Positions 37,657-52,800 of a DNA stretch of 64,000 nucleotides are shown here, in pieces. Every line of letters starts with the position of its first letter. Position 1 is the first letter of the stretch. The position numbers and the translations under genes were made by a program. The notes under the pieces were generated by a model. The model was not told the DNA's origin. It did not search any database and saw nothing but the letters and a program-made list of their open reading frames with translations. Source of the stretch: Phoronis australis (lineage: Eukaryota; Animalia; Phoronida); assembly GCA_002633005.1 (NCBI GenBank), contig NMRA01000414.1, forward strand, positions 310,001 through 374,000, given 5' to 3'.

Positions 37657-40600
37657 AGAAACGCATTTGTTGCCTGACTGAGGACTTTAATATTAAGTTA
37701 TTAAAATATTTAATAATGTTGATTGTTACGCCGAACCAGGTGCAAATGTCTCTAAAATTTGTAGAGAGGTATACAATAAGTTATCATTCCATTCCACTCA
37801 TAAAAACTTGTTATTGTCATAAAAAGACTTCCTGCAGTACTGATATGCTATTGCAATTACCAAACCAATCTCCAAAATCAGATACGACAAGAGCTATTCT
37901 CCTGACCCCATTGAGATTGCAGTAGGCCGAGATTTTAATTCTTCTTGCTCAACTTTGAACTCTAGTCACTGTGGGGTCGGAAAGTTTTTCAAACTCCAGG
38001 GACCAAAATGGCGATACCATGCATGTGGTAACACCCTGTGGCAGACTTCTAAATAAGAGACACCTGCGTGTGGGCCTGACGCTTTTTCCTGAACACGTTT
38101 CGGTGTCATGTTAGTCAAATAACAGACGAGATTTCATGATGATATCTGCCGAAAGTTCAGTACAGATCATACTGACCGCAATTCCAACAAATAATAGATC
38201 CTGGTCTGTTCCTGTCTGCCAAGCTCATCACAAAATGTGGACGCCTGAGTATATCACCTTTCTATTGTTCTTCGAGTCTAGTTTATCTTTTGAATCAACC
38301 ACTTGACGACAAAACTTTACTCAGCATTGAACAAAGCACTGAAGTTATCAAACGTTCCGTCTTTCGACAAGCAATAATGCCTAAAATCGATCATATCATT
38401 TTGACTATTTTATGACAAGACTGTTGTAATTAATATTTTTGTCATGGTAACGTCTTGTAGTGCTGTATGATTTTGTTTAATTTATCCATTATCACATTCC
38501 ATGAAATTTTGTCAGCGGTGTCTGACTCTAAACTAGCTTATTCATATTTCATGCCTTTGAGACAAATGTGTTTGTAGAACATTCCTATATAATACTGATT
38601 CGATTTCTGCCTGATGCCCAGTAGGTCGCAATTCTCTTAGAACGAGTCTCGAGCATTCGTGACCTTCACTGTCTTCCAACTTCGTGGTATTCTTTGGCTG
38701 GTTGCATAAAACAGACCCAATTAATAGGGACCTAATTTTGTTTCATAAATTTTAAGCGCATTTGTGGACTTTGTGCACATTTTCTTTTCTTCTACTGTTT
38801 AATTTTCATTGCTACGCGGCGGCGTCAAGTTTTAGCTGTGATACCGGAAGTACGTTGATTTCTTAATGTTATAGCAAATGAATAGAGACGTATCCCTCCA
38901 ATACCCTTAATTTCGGGCTTAGGGTCTATTTATTTTAACTTGGCTCAGTTTCAGATGTATTATTAGAAAATGTCAACCAAGCGTACTCAACAAAGTTTAA
39001 AAGTCATCGGATAGGAAAACTCAAAATTAATCAATAAACACAGTCTACAAATGCGCTGAAAATGTAAGGAACATAGTTGAGTCCGTATTGGGACTAGTGT
39101 TTCAAGCAAGCGGCCTTGATTGGTACCTACTTGATTTGGGAACCAAGGTTTCGAAAGACTGCGGAAAAACAGGATGGGAATCAAAATCACAGATCATTTT
39201 AGGTTTACAGATTTGTGGGATGTGGTAAACGGTCAGTCAAATAGACTGAAACCAGCCAATGAAACCAAAGAACATGCATCTACATTTGCAGTCAAAGATG
39301 GTCCTCAGGAAACGCATATATCCCACAATTTTCTTACCGTAAAAATAACCATTATAGTCCAAAAGGCATATAGCCAAACTATGCATAGCCCATCTTTGTA
39401 AAATAATACATTAATTATACATCTCGTTTTATGACACTATAGTCGCCTTTTTGCCATTTGGTAAGCAATATTGTGAAGTCCAGTTGGTTCACTGGGTTTG
39501 GCGGAGGTTAGTCGAGAACCTATTACGTCATTGAAACATTGAAAGTTTCAGCGACCTCGTTTTACTGATATTATACCTTGTGAGATATTGCAAGTAACTG
39601 CGATCAAGACTGAATAATGGGAGTATCGTTTGTGTGTTTATGCTGTGTGTGCATGACTGTTAGTATCAAGTCATTTCACAATTAATAATTGTTTTTCGTG
39701 CTTGTGCATATAGCTTTGTTACACTCAACCCGTGCATTTCAATAAATTTGATTTCGCATCATTTAAATTCTTTGTTGCCGTGCTTCGAAGAGCGACATTC
39801 CTGCAGGGAGATGAACATTAACTGAACACTCCAGCACACGCAAAGGTATTTGACATCTGCCATGCACCCACACACGCCCGACTTCAAAACTCGCTTTGCC
39901 AAAATTCGTGCACAAGTGACATCGCGCCTTAGTTGTAATCCTGTCATCACCTTTACCAAGATTTCTAGGGACGGACTCAAAACATTGTATTCTGGCTGGT
40001 GCATATTGTGTTGGTTTGAGGACGATGTCAAGAATGAATTTGTATAAACACTAAAGTATTTGATGCAATAAATAAGTCCTGCATGGCTACGTAGGCCCCA
40101 CTGGCCGGTATGCGTATTCAAGACAGAAAATACACAAACAGCGGGCCGGCGCGCTGTTTAAAAATTGAAAATGCAACCCTAGATCCGTTATTGCCTGTGC
40201 AGAAATTTCCCGTGGAAGAGATTCCGCAGGCACCTGTGCCCGACAACAGCCATGGGGCAAACTGTTTTAAATAATCATATTACGCAAGTTTGTCAGACAG
40301 CCATTGAGAAGTAACATCTCATTAAAAACCGGTGTGGGCAAACATGGAAATTATCAACCTCTGAGTAAAGACACTGTCAACACGAGGAATGGCACGACAC
40401 ACAACTCAGCTTCCACAACATTCGTGGCCGGGTGTTACATTTCGACCACAACGGCGGAACACCGCGCCCGTGCCGAGAAGACCATAGTGCCCGGGACTGG
40501 CTCCAGTAGAGCCTATGGCCATCCCATGGGCTCTCCATACACCGGGGCTTGATTTCAGACAACATTATGTAACATAATTAGCATTTTGTTTCCAAACACG

Positions 40601-42884
40601 TTCAATATTCACTAGCACGCATGCACCCGACAACAGTCTGCTGTTGACTTTTTGATGAAGATCGGTGAAAATGCTGGGCATGATGATTACGGCCGTACCA
40701 ATTTTTACAGTGAAACACGATAAACTGAAAGTTTACATCAAGCAGTAAGAGAAACAAATTATTTGATTTTACGATATTCAGATAATTAATTGAAAATAAC
40801 GATCGAGAACTGACAGCAGTGAACACCGTACAACAACTCGATCCATGAGTTAGTCACGTCATTGCGGTCGGTGAGCAGGGAAGTGGCCTCGCGCCAACAG
40901 CCGAGAGAAAAGTGTGGACAGCAGGGTTGGTCGGTTCGCGAGCCAAGAAATGTACGCGAGACCTGAAAAGTGGAATTGGTACACAGTTCTGGGGAGTGCA
41001 CAACATCCCCGTCATGGGTTGCACAATCTCAATAGTAACTCCGGGCGAAGCTCCCCTATGGCTCTATACAACTGAGGCACTACGAGTGTACGTGCCTATC
41101 AACCACATTAGTTTGTTGGAAATCCATTGAAATGAACACCATCAGAACCACTCTGGTGACTACAGGAACGCATCCAAGGGGGGGGGGGGTCAGGGGTTTG
41201 GTTTCTTTTTATTGTTGTAATGAAGAAATATCAAGCACTCGCGTTATGATTTTCCCTTGGTCGGGCCTTCATGGACAAAATCCTCAGGTGGGATCTGCAG
41301 CAGATTCATGTAGCGATGAATGCGACCTCAGTCCTTAAAAGCGACATAAAAGCGTTACGTAAATACTAACGAGTTCATACAAAAGACAAAGGACTTGAAT
41401 AGAATATATACTATTCTGAATTACTGAATATAATATATTTAAGTGTGTGTGTGCGTGTTTGCATGCGTGCTTATAACCTGCACGCCAACATGCGTGATTG
41501 CGTGCGTGTGTGCTCGTGTGTATGCATTGCATGTACGAATGTTCATGTGTATGATGTGTTTATAGGGTCCTAGGTTTCGACTGGCTCTATTATAAAAAAT
41601 CTTAAAAAGAAACTAATTTATGTATTGTACGCAATCAACGTACATACTTTCAAGGAGTTTCAACAGTGACACGATTTGGAAAGAACAACCATTCTCAATT
41701 TATTGCAATTAATAACGAGAAATCTTGGGGCTGGGCTCAAAACACAATACAATACCCAGTTCTTGCAAAAATCTGACATTGCTGTACTAGGAGATACTGC
41801 CTATGTCATTCCTCAGTTTCGTGTATCCCCACATTGCATAATATGAACTAATTACATTGTGTACCAAGCTCCAGCACTTGTCTTTATTTTTGAACTATAG
41901 CTTAACCAGTTGCAATTCCTGCTGAAGTGTACTATGACTGAACTTTTTATGTTTTTATTCAATTTTCTGATATTAATCTCTACAAGACCATCTCTAAGTT
42001 TAAACACCCACTTTTCACAATCATTAATTTATGCCGTTATTTTGAAAAAGAACAACCATAGCCCAATTATTCTGTGTATTTTCTAAGTATGTGATTTGAA
42101 TATGAAGCCTGTAATACTGGCTTTTTGTGCTTTCCTCACTGCCATGAGCCTGAGACATCTTACATCAACTGATGCCTGACACAAGATCAGGCTGCCGCCA
42201 GTTATAGTGTTTATCTACTAAGGCTATTTAAAACAAATGGACTGTTGTGTTCAACAAAACTTGTCTCACAGTACAGTATTGAACAATGTTTATTAACTGA
42301 AAACAGAAACTAAAGACAAGCTTAACAATAACCAACACAGGAAACGAATCAGACAAGTCAGAGAACTCTTTTCACTAGACTATAATCAACAGTAAACATC
42401 ACACCTCTCAATCAATATTCATGGTTGTTCATCTGTTACATCATCCACTCTCAATACAACAGTTCTGTGCCAGCACCAACAAACATTGATTTGCCATCCA
42501 CGACTTACTGACAAACAGCAATGCAAGTCAATATTCACCACCATATCCATTGGCTATGATCTATTGTTACATCACCACATACTGTTTATTCACAGTCAAG
42601 TGTAAGACTTGTAATGAGATAACCTTTTGTAGTTTCAATAATTTAAAATATGATCTCTCACTAACCAAACACTGTTAAAAAAGTATAACACAGACCTGTT
42701 GTTCTTAACATTATGGATGCTCAATATTTATCATTATGGCCACTTTATTCTTCCCAAGTCATTGTCAACACAATCTTATTTGACATGTATTGCCAACTAC
42801 TGTCAAAGGGTCCATCACGTTACAACACATGGTCAACTGACATCCTCCACAGACAGGCACCGTTAGTCCTCACCACTGCCATCA

Positions 42885-45800
42885 TCACTGGTCAATGATC
42901 ACTTCATACATCTCTGCTGAGGTCACTTCTTCCCCGTCCACTGCTGGTATCAGAATCATCTCCTCGCCGCAAGGAATTTCAATCGTCTCCGCCACACTGG
43001 CGCACTCCTCGTGTTGGGATGATTCAGAACTAGACACCGGTTCCACGACCAGGGAGTTGTCCGATAATCCAACGCCACCTATCCACTTCTGGTTCATGTG
43101 CTCCGTGAGAATGTGCACAGCCAGAGAGTGCTGTGACAGGAACACCTAAAAAGGGATTAAAGTCTACATTACCCTGAATGTAAAAGGTCAAAGGCTACCA
43201 GATCAGGGACGACAAACAACTCAGAGTCAGGACTCCAAAACTACAGCGGCTGAATGTGCAAGCCCAACAGCCATTTGCTACAGACAAAGACCAAACACCA
43301 TGTATTGAACTACTGTCATTCATCACAATGCCTGAGTATTGTATTGACAAGTCAGCTTCTTTGTTCTCAAAACGACCACCATGCAATTTAGTTGGTAAAC
43401 CAACCACTTAAGTTAACAGGGTTAGAAGTCTGGACATTGAAAGCGTAAAATTTTTTTTTCTTACATATCGAATTGCACACTCATTAAAATTGAAATCATG
43501 TGAACACAGTTATCTGCTGAAATAATACGGCATAACCGCACGGAAATCAAGCCCTTCGAAAGAACTAATTCACTCGAATATTGACTTCTTACTATTTTGT
43601 CCCTCTGTAATACGCATTTTTGTGAACTCGTGAACTGAAGCATTCACTTTGCTGATTGGCTGGCATTCGGGTCACTACATGTCATTAGGTAAAAAACTGA
43701 GATTACAAGATGGCAGACGATTTGATGTGTCAGTTTTACAGGAAGGTAAAAAGAGACGTATCCCTAAATATGTCAAGAGAATTTGATTTGTTTGGTTCCA
43801 ACACACTGAACAAGTATTTCCCTCCCATTTTGTTGGTTTATGTTCATTTCACAAATTTGTGAAAAGGGCTCCGATGGCCCTTCAGCTATGTTCAAGAGCT
43901 GAGTGTTGGCTACATGCAATTATGCAATCCTTGCAAAGTTGTCAACTTGACAATAAAAACAAATATTTCAGTTACTTATTCATTTAATTCTATAACCGCT
44001 GCAGTTGCTAGATGGCACTAAATTTCCTTATCAGACTAAGCACAAAATAAGCCACTTCCTTCTGGTAACTATGCAACATGGAAAACAGCAAGTCAACATT
44101 CAGAACTATACAATAAGGTGACTATCAATATATGCTTTGAAGATCTCAAAACAGACCTTACCTGTTTACATTGGTCACAGGCTGCGGCAATGACAGTATT
44201 GCCACCTGTTGTCTCATCCGTGACATGTTCCTCCTGCAGCAGCTAGCAATAACAGGGAAACAGTAGACACATTGTTCATGCAAACAATTCAGTTTTACAA
44301 TGCATACCTTTAAACTGAAAGAAACTTTCTTCCTGGTTGATCCATGTGTTAAACAAACATAATAGCAACATAAAGATTAACTGTATCACATATTCAAGAG
44401 TTTCCCTATTGTCTGTTAACTCCAAGGAGGGACTTTTCTTGTTGCTGTTGGGGTATTTTGGCAGGCACGGATTATTGTTATATAAATATACACCATTCAG
44501 GAAATACAAAGTATCATGAAGGAAAGAAATTGATAATCATCAAATAGAAAATAAGAAAAACTTCGGAACAGTCATAACACTGTCATTCGAGTTCCCACTG
44601 GTAAAATAGGAGCTCGCATTGAACTTTAGTGTAAGTAAAACGTTAGTGTAATTGGCCAAGGTCTTATAGAATAAATTTGGAGCAGACTGACACCTTGAAG
44701 AGTAACATACGATTAACAAAAGGCAAAAATGTGCAGAATGGTGATATTCCCCAACACAAAGTCACAATATTTACTTTACTTATTTTCAGTGATTTGCGGC
44801 GGATCATTTTTGCCACAAAACATGTTCTTAAAAACATTCGGCAACTTTCAAGCCACTTCATATTCACATCGTCGCTATATGTTTGTGTTTCTAACTAATT
44901 TGGCCGAGCAATCACACAGATAAGCAATCAGCCTACAATTTCCACTTTAAAACATCTTTTGATAACCACTGAGGCATTTCTGAACATTGTGAAAGAGTGA
45001 AAGTTAAGATAAGAGAAAACAATTAAGGCAGACACTATCATAGTCAAATTTTGTACTTCTAGGATAGTTCTAATCTGTACCAGAGTAGCCTGGGTGCAGT
45101 GCCAACTAAGATTGCTTCAAGGTATTTGCCAGAATTTTGATGTGTCAAAAACCGAACTAAGCACCATCCAACGAGGCCTTTTAAGGCCCAGTTTAAAAAA
45201 AGGGAAATGCTTATTGAGATCTGACAAATATACATATATTGAGGAGTTAAAGGTCATAAATATGATCAGCCCTACTAAATATTGGAACATTACTTCCGAA
45301 AAACGACGCGACTCAATTGAACTCAAAACTGTATTCATGGAAACTAATAGGTGGCAGTTTGAGAAAAATGAAAGGTGATCTGAGGTCAGTGCGGTGAATT
45401 CCATCCTACACGAAAAACGTCAAAGAATTCTATGACAAAGTGTTAATCACTTTCTACCCGATGCGTCCATGGGCACACTCGTCTAACTCACCGGTTGATC
45501 TTGTTGTCTCTCATGTTTCCTCTTGATATGGTTCATCAACAGGTATTTTGTGTTAAACCCATTACCGCAGTATGAACACCTTTCTTTCACACCTACAAGT
45601 AATCAAACTTATTGGCACATTGATGACCAGATGTGACATGCTAAGTGGCCTACCATCACTGTACCTGCAACTTGAGGGTCAAGCCACATGCACAGTATTT
45701 AGCCTCACAATGAATGGTCAATGGGTAAAAACTCACATCCTTGTACACAGATTCGAAAAAAGCACGTGAGTCTCGACAGAGTGGAACACTTTCCATTTTA

Positions 45801-46730
45801 AAAAGGGAATTTCCACTCATTCCCTTTTTGTCCCTGAAAAGTTGCAGATTTTTTCTGCGCCCATATTTCCCATCATTTTGGCTTAAAAATTGACATATTC
45901 CATTACATTTCAGCTCTGTGTTGTTGGCGTTAGACATGAGATTCCAAATTTGAGCAGGTCATTGTAACCAAGCCTGACACCGACACATGTCCTGAATGTA
46001 ACACTGATTTTGAATCGCCTACTGTAGAGTCTTGCCCAGCTTTCCATGGGATAAGGAACAAGCACTTATTCGATGACACAATCGCACGCCTACAACATAC
46101 AGTACTTGTCCATTTTCTTATACCAGTAATAGGCCTAACTCAAAACCTGTCTTAAATATTATTGAACGAAGGGGTACATTTGGAGGTTTGGAGAACTGAG
46201 CAATGCAAGGGAAATCCAACTGACCCGCGTGTTTCACCCTCAGATGGACTTCTAGTGACTTCTTCTGTACATACTCCTGGCCACATCGACCACACTTGTA
46301 TGGCTTGACAGGGGCGTGGCAGAACATGTGAATGCGCAAGCTCTCCTTACGTTTCAGCGCCAGCCCACAGATTTCGCACTTGAATGCCTTGACATTTGAG
46401 TGTCTGATCATGTGATTCTGTAATGCAAACACCATCAACGTACAACTGTTCAACACTGAGCAAGTGAAAGTGACAATAAAAACTTTTAATAGTTCTTCGC
46501 CTAATAGGTCCACAATTTATTTTGTTTTAAGATCTAATAACAAAACCTTGAACTTTTAATAGTTCTTTGCCTAATATGTCCACAATTTATTTTGTTTGAA
46601 GGTCTAATAACAAAAGATTGAACTAAGTGTAACTAACGTATACACCTCAGCACTCAATGTTTGTCTGCAAACAGAACAGCAAACCACGAGTAGACTATGT
46701 CCAAATTTCGCATAGATACATCTACAATCA

Positions 46731-46801
<71 letters not shown>

Positions 46802-49800
46802 CATACCTGCAGCTGAGGGAGCAGCTTGAACCTCTTCTTGCAGATGGTGCACTCGTGCGGTCGTTCATTTGTATGCATCACTAAACGGTGGCGCTGCAGT
46901 CCAGAGCGGGACTGCATCAGCTTGCCGCACTCAGGACAGGTGCACGCCTCCGCATTCTTTGGGTCGTGGAAACGCTTGTGAGCCCTGAGCGAGGGGATGA
47001 GACTCAGCGGTTACGTACTCATCTCAGATCAGTATTTAATACAAATGTACTGTTTGAAAAAATGAGTAGACCTAAATTTGAATAAACAATCACTGAATTC
47101 TCAAAAAAAATCTGGCAAACTGTGTCAGCCGAGATAAAGATATTATCGGCATTGCAAAAGGCAAACAAAAACACTTTAAACAGACAGTTATTATGGGTCT
47201 GACTCGAGTAATAGTTGTTCCCTGTCCACAACAAAAGCTTTGACGATAAGAGTTTGAATGTACAGAGACTTCCTACCAGAATAACATGCATCTATGAACA
47301 AATACAGCTGCAATGCTTCTGAGGCTCAATTATTGAATTCTTTACCAGTGTGAATAAGACAAAAAAATGTGGGCTGGCTTAATAACAGTTATTTTCTAAA
47401 AATATCAACTTCATTCACTCCTTAAAATTAGACCTTCCAGTACTACTAGTGTAATAGAACTTACATAAATCCTGAGTGGCTGCCCAGCGCTTTGTTGCAT
47501 ATTTCACACATGTACTGAGTCTGGTGGTTCTTGGTGTGGTTCAACAGACTGGCCCGACTTGAGAAGTTCTTATTACACACCTGAAAAGAAGAGTTGAACG
47601 ACTGTGACCTCAGCTGTGACATCATACCGTAATAGTTCGGGTTAACGCCCTGGGCGGTTAAATTGGCGAATCCAAAAAATCGGGGGAGGGCGGTTAACCG
47701 AGAGGTGGGCGCTTAACTGGAAATCTTCAAAAATCGCAGGGGGGCGCTTAACTGAGCAGTGGGCGGTTAAATCGAAAATCCACTTAAAGTCGGGGATGGG
47801 CGGTTAACTGAGCATGGGCGTTAACCCGAACGATTACGGTATTATTAAGATTTTGAAAAATGCTTCCAACATCACATACAAGATCAAATAACACACGGTC
47901 AACATAGAAAGTGTGTAACAAATAAGTTGGCACCGCAAACACTTGCAAATAGTTTCCCACATACCAACAATACAGTCTCAAACAAAGAGGTATCCATAAC
48001 AACCTGAAACTATACTACCAAGCAGTAACCAGAAACTGTTGTCACCGTGAAAAGACTCCTATGTTGACACTCTCACCGGCCGAGATTGGGCAACTCGACC
48101 AGTTTGCGTACCTCGGAGTCTGCCGGCATTGATCAAAGACGCCATGCTGTTGTAGTTAATTACATCGCCTCAGACAGCTGATGCCATCATTCTCTAGATA
48201 ATCAGACCCATCATAAACACAGTGGGGGCGACAATAGTGTTTTTAAATTTTCACTTTGAAAGTTTGTAAAGAGCATATTGGAGTAGTTTGTGAAAAGTAC
48301 ATGTGATTAGATTTTTGAACTCTGAAAATCGGACAAGAAATAAGAGTTTTACAATATAAAAATTTGTTAAATTTTGTCATAATATGCTCCCCATTAATTC
48401 AGGCAGTAGTTGAATTTTGAGGAAAGCCATCATACAATTCTTGGCATAACCTTCGTCTCTTTTTCAGTTGTATGCACTTTCATTTGAACAGACACAGCTG
48501 CGTAACGTAATTAAGCAGGTAGCAATGCACAAAGTTATAATTACAATAAATTGTTGTAGTATTGAATAACAGAGAAATACTGGCGCTAAACCAATTACAC
48601 CTCACCTCACAATGAAAGGGCTTGATGCCTGTGTGACTGATCATGTGACTGTTGCAGTGAGTCTTGAACTTGAATCGCTTTCCACACACGTCACAGACGT
48701 ATGGACGCTCTGCGAACACATCACCAACATAATGTTTACTACACTCTTAAGCTAGGAAGCGAGGCACTCTGCTCCGCAAGAAAGACTTTGAAAATTTGTA
48801 AATTGTAGGCAATATGTTTACAATGCAACAGACTGTATGCATATGGAGTCTCCATTCAAGCTACAATTCATTATACGCTTAAAAAAAAAAACATTATTGT
48901 GTATGCATAACAAAATTAGATGAAACGTATAAAAAATACAGAATAACATGTACAAACTATTGAGAATTTGAGACATAATATACTATTAAAGTTAGATTGT
49001 AACTAATGTTCTGTTTAAACAGAACTGGTTTATACATTTTGACTAAGTGACTTAGCTGACCAGTGCTATGAACGTTCTTGAAGTGCTTGGTCATCTCATT
49101 CTTAGTGTTGAAAGCTTTAGGGCACTGTTCACACTGGAACTCCCGTTTATTCTCGTGAACTTTCAGATGAAGATCGAGCTGAAAACAAGTTGTGGATTTA
49201 ACTANTCGACATCACATAAATACACTTGCTAAATTTAGTAAAGATCCTGCAAACGGTTTGGGAGATACAGCCATGGGCGCAAAAAATGCCACTAGGAGGC
49301 GCCACAGTAATCAAAGTCATGGGAAATTCAGCGTCAACCGTCCTCTTCATAGTAAGAACATACATGCCAATTTTCACACTCATACTTAGAGCGGTTTGGT
49401 TGATAGAGGGGTGGACGCCAAAAAACAAACTCAAAAACAATAAAAATGGTCACTGGGTGTCGCAAACTAGGTCGAATTCATCCGAAAACGGGAGGATAGC
49501 GTCATCGCACTAATAGGTGCCTACATAGAAAATTTCATGAAAATCCGTTAAGGACTTGTGAAGATACAGAGGTAAACATAAAAAAATAAAATTGCCACTA
49601 GGGGGCACACTGGTAGGCGGATCCGTCCAAAAGTCGTCATCGTCAGTTGTTAATATCATATAAATAAACATATTAAATTTCGTAAAGATCCTGCGAACGG
49701 TTTAGGAGATACAGCCATAGGCGCAAAAAAAACAAAACTGCTACTAGGAGGAGCCACAGTAGTCCAAATCGTCTGAAAATCATTGTCAGCTGTCTTCTTT

Positions 49801-52800
49801 ATAGTAAGCACATACATGCCAATTTTCACAATCATCCTTTGAGTGGTTTGGTTGATAGAGGGGTGGACGCAAACATACAGACTCGAAAACAGTAAAAATG
49901 GCCACTAGGTGGCGCAAACTATGTCGAATCCATCTGAAAACGGAAGGATAGCGTCATCTCACTAAGAGGTGCCTACATACCAAATTTCATGAAAATCCGT
50001 TCAAAACTTTTGAAGATAAAAAGGTAAGCGTAAAAAGCTAAAATTGCCACTAGGGGGCACACTGGTAGTCGAATCCGTCCGAAAGTTTGCACATGCCGTC
50101 CCATTCATGAATGGAACATATGTGCCAAATTTCATGAACATATGTCAAAGAGTTTTGGAGATAGAGCAGCGGACGCCAGACGTACGCCGCCCGTACGGAC
50201 GGACGGAGATGACGGCATAATGCGTCCACATATAAATATGTGGGCGCATAATAATGAGTTAAACGTTTTCTCTAACCTTGTACTTCAATGCGTAGGCTTT
50301 TCCACAGATTTGACACTCGTGTGGTTTGACTAGCACGTGATTCTTCAAGTGCACCATCAGTGCGTGTTTACTGCGCGCGGCATACGTGCACTGCGTACAA
50401 CTGTACGGTCTGCACTGCGGGTGGTGGCGAGTCAAGTGTGTAATGAACATAGTCTGGCTGCTACACGTGAAGTCACACTGCTTACATGAGATTACAGCAG
50501 CCTTCCTCTCACCTGGAACAGAGAGACATCGTAAACACTTGAGAAGGATAAAGCCTTTGATGGGTATTTTTCATGCATAAACGGTAACTTGGATTATAAA
50601 TGTGTTGTTACAAATCAGGTCAAGTGATGTGACCAACATATGGCAATATGAAGACTAATAATTCGCACTGAGGGCCCCATGGAAAGCAGGGTGAACTGAT
50701 GGGTCTACCCTCATAGTAAATATGACATTAATAAATAAATAAATAAACTTAATTAAATAAAGTACTTTGTTACATTGTGTATTTTGTAAATCATTTGGAT
50801 GTTTGAATAAATGAGACCATTTGAGCCAGAGCAGTTGTCATGTCTGTATTCAATAAGTTCATAAGAGGTGATGCACATATAGCTATGGTCTTTTTGATAG
50901 AATAAGAGTTTGGAAGTGGAGGACAACTAAAGGTAATTTAAAATACTCCAAGCTCTTTAGGAACCACAAGTCTTGACATTTTAAAAAAGTGCATAACGTG
51001 CGATACAAAAAGGAAGTGAGTGGAGGCTTGCTGCTATCGTATGCTTTATTAGTTGCATATTACCACTATTAGAAATATGATAAAACAAAATGAAGACAAA
51101 GTCTAAAAAAAGGACAAATTCTCTTCTTGCCAAAATAATATACTATTGACCTATTTCTCTTTTGAAGATGCACAATTCTCTTCCGAAAATTTTCCGCTAA
51201 TTATCCGCTGACTTTTGTTTTCCTTCTAGCCAGCTGTATTCTCCTGAGCTCATCATTAGCCCCAGCCCAATTTCAGCATTCCACTTTTATTAGATTTTGT
51301 TCATGTTTTGTACCGAGGTGTAGGTGGGACATTTCCAGACGCCAGTTCATATTGATGACTTTTAAAGTCATTTATTACAAGGAAAACCTCTGTTACTAAA
51401 ACCTCAAAAGAATTCTGTATGTTTTTGGGTCAATACTAAGCTAAATCTCAGAGCCACACATTGCTATTTCCTTACGACACAGCACCAAGAATGCAAGAAC
51501 AATTGTGTCAGTGAAAAACGAAAGATGATAAAATACGACCATTTAACAAAGTTGAACATTTTATAAAGATCCTAAAAGAATGCCCAAATTAAAGAACATT
51601 TCTCTTACCCTTTATTAAATCACACACAGCAAACAACTCCTCATCAATCTTAAGTCCAACAGACAAAACGGACTGCTCCGAGGTGGAGCTGGCCAAATCC
51701 TCCCTGAGAACGTCCATAGACACGCCGTGAAATTCAGCTGCATGCTTTTCAAGCTTGTCAAGGTTTTGAAAGGTCAAGTTGCACATCTTGCATTTCTGCA
51801 GTGAGCCACCCGACTTATGCTGCTCCATGTGTGTCCTGAGCTGTAATACAAAATCTGGTTTTTCAGAATCAGAGTATTAACATTTAGAACAGGTGTTCGG
51901 CCACCATTACAATATTTTAACAAAAAGTGCAAAACATAAAAAATCTGTCCACTTTTGTACATCAACTGTTTCGCAATAATTTTCCTCTGACTTCTGCATT
52001 CACAACAAGCCAGACTACATGTCATATTGTTTGTCTGCAGTAGACTTTCTACATTTCAAACATTTAACGAGAACTCTTCCAAAAACCCCTTTGAGTTGGT
52101 GATGTAACATCGTTTCTAAAATGCATTGGTCTGTTCAGACCAGCTTCCAGTCTATTTACATTGGGGCCATGTTTCGGTCGATAATGTTTGTGGCCATCTT
52201 CAGGTGTTACAGTGTTCTTAGAAGAACAAACATAAGGTGTATGATACACTACCTGGTGATCAATGATGAGCACTTTTTGTTTTTCTTGGTAGAAGGTGGG
52301 ATTGAACTAGGGACCTTTAGATTGTCAGTCCAGTACTCTAACTACCACACCACTTAGCCACAGAATACCTTAGTGACAGCTGCGACAGTCCTAGTTAAGT
52401 CTATCACCTTAAGTCAAGTGTTAGACATTACTAAGAATGGCCAACAATTTATCATCAATGTATGTGCTTTGTATCAGTACATAATGCCGCGACAAAAATT
52501 GTTTCACACAAAAAACAGTCAGTTTGGTGGAAAGAAAAAAATTAAAAAGCCAATGGGGGCCGTTTCAAAAAAAATCTGTTCTGCAAAACACGACACATCA
52601 ACATTCAGTAACTATGAAATTGAAATCATTCTAACATCATGTTTTCCTTTTAGTGCAATTTCATCACCATATTATGCGTCCACTTCTTCTAATATGTAAA
52701 TTAAATGGACAAACAGTTCAGAACAAAACAATCGAGCCTACTAAACCTTTTGTTTATAATGGAATCCTTTGCCGCACAGTCTACAGATGAATGGGTAGGC

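Noticed and set aside
40200-40560. RNase MRP RNA (ACACCGGGGCTT resembles CR-V)
   Set aside because: The CR-I GAAAGUCCCC motif and P1 pairing are absent.
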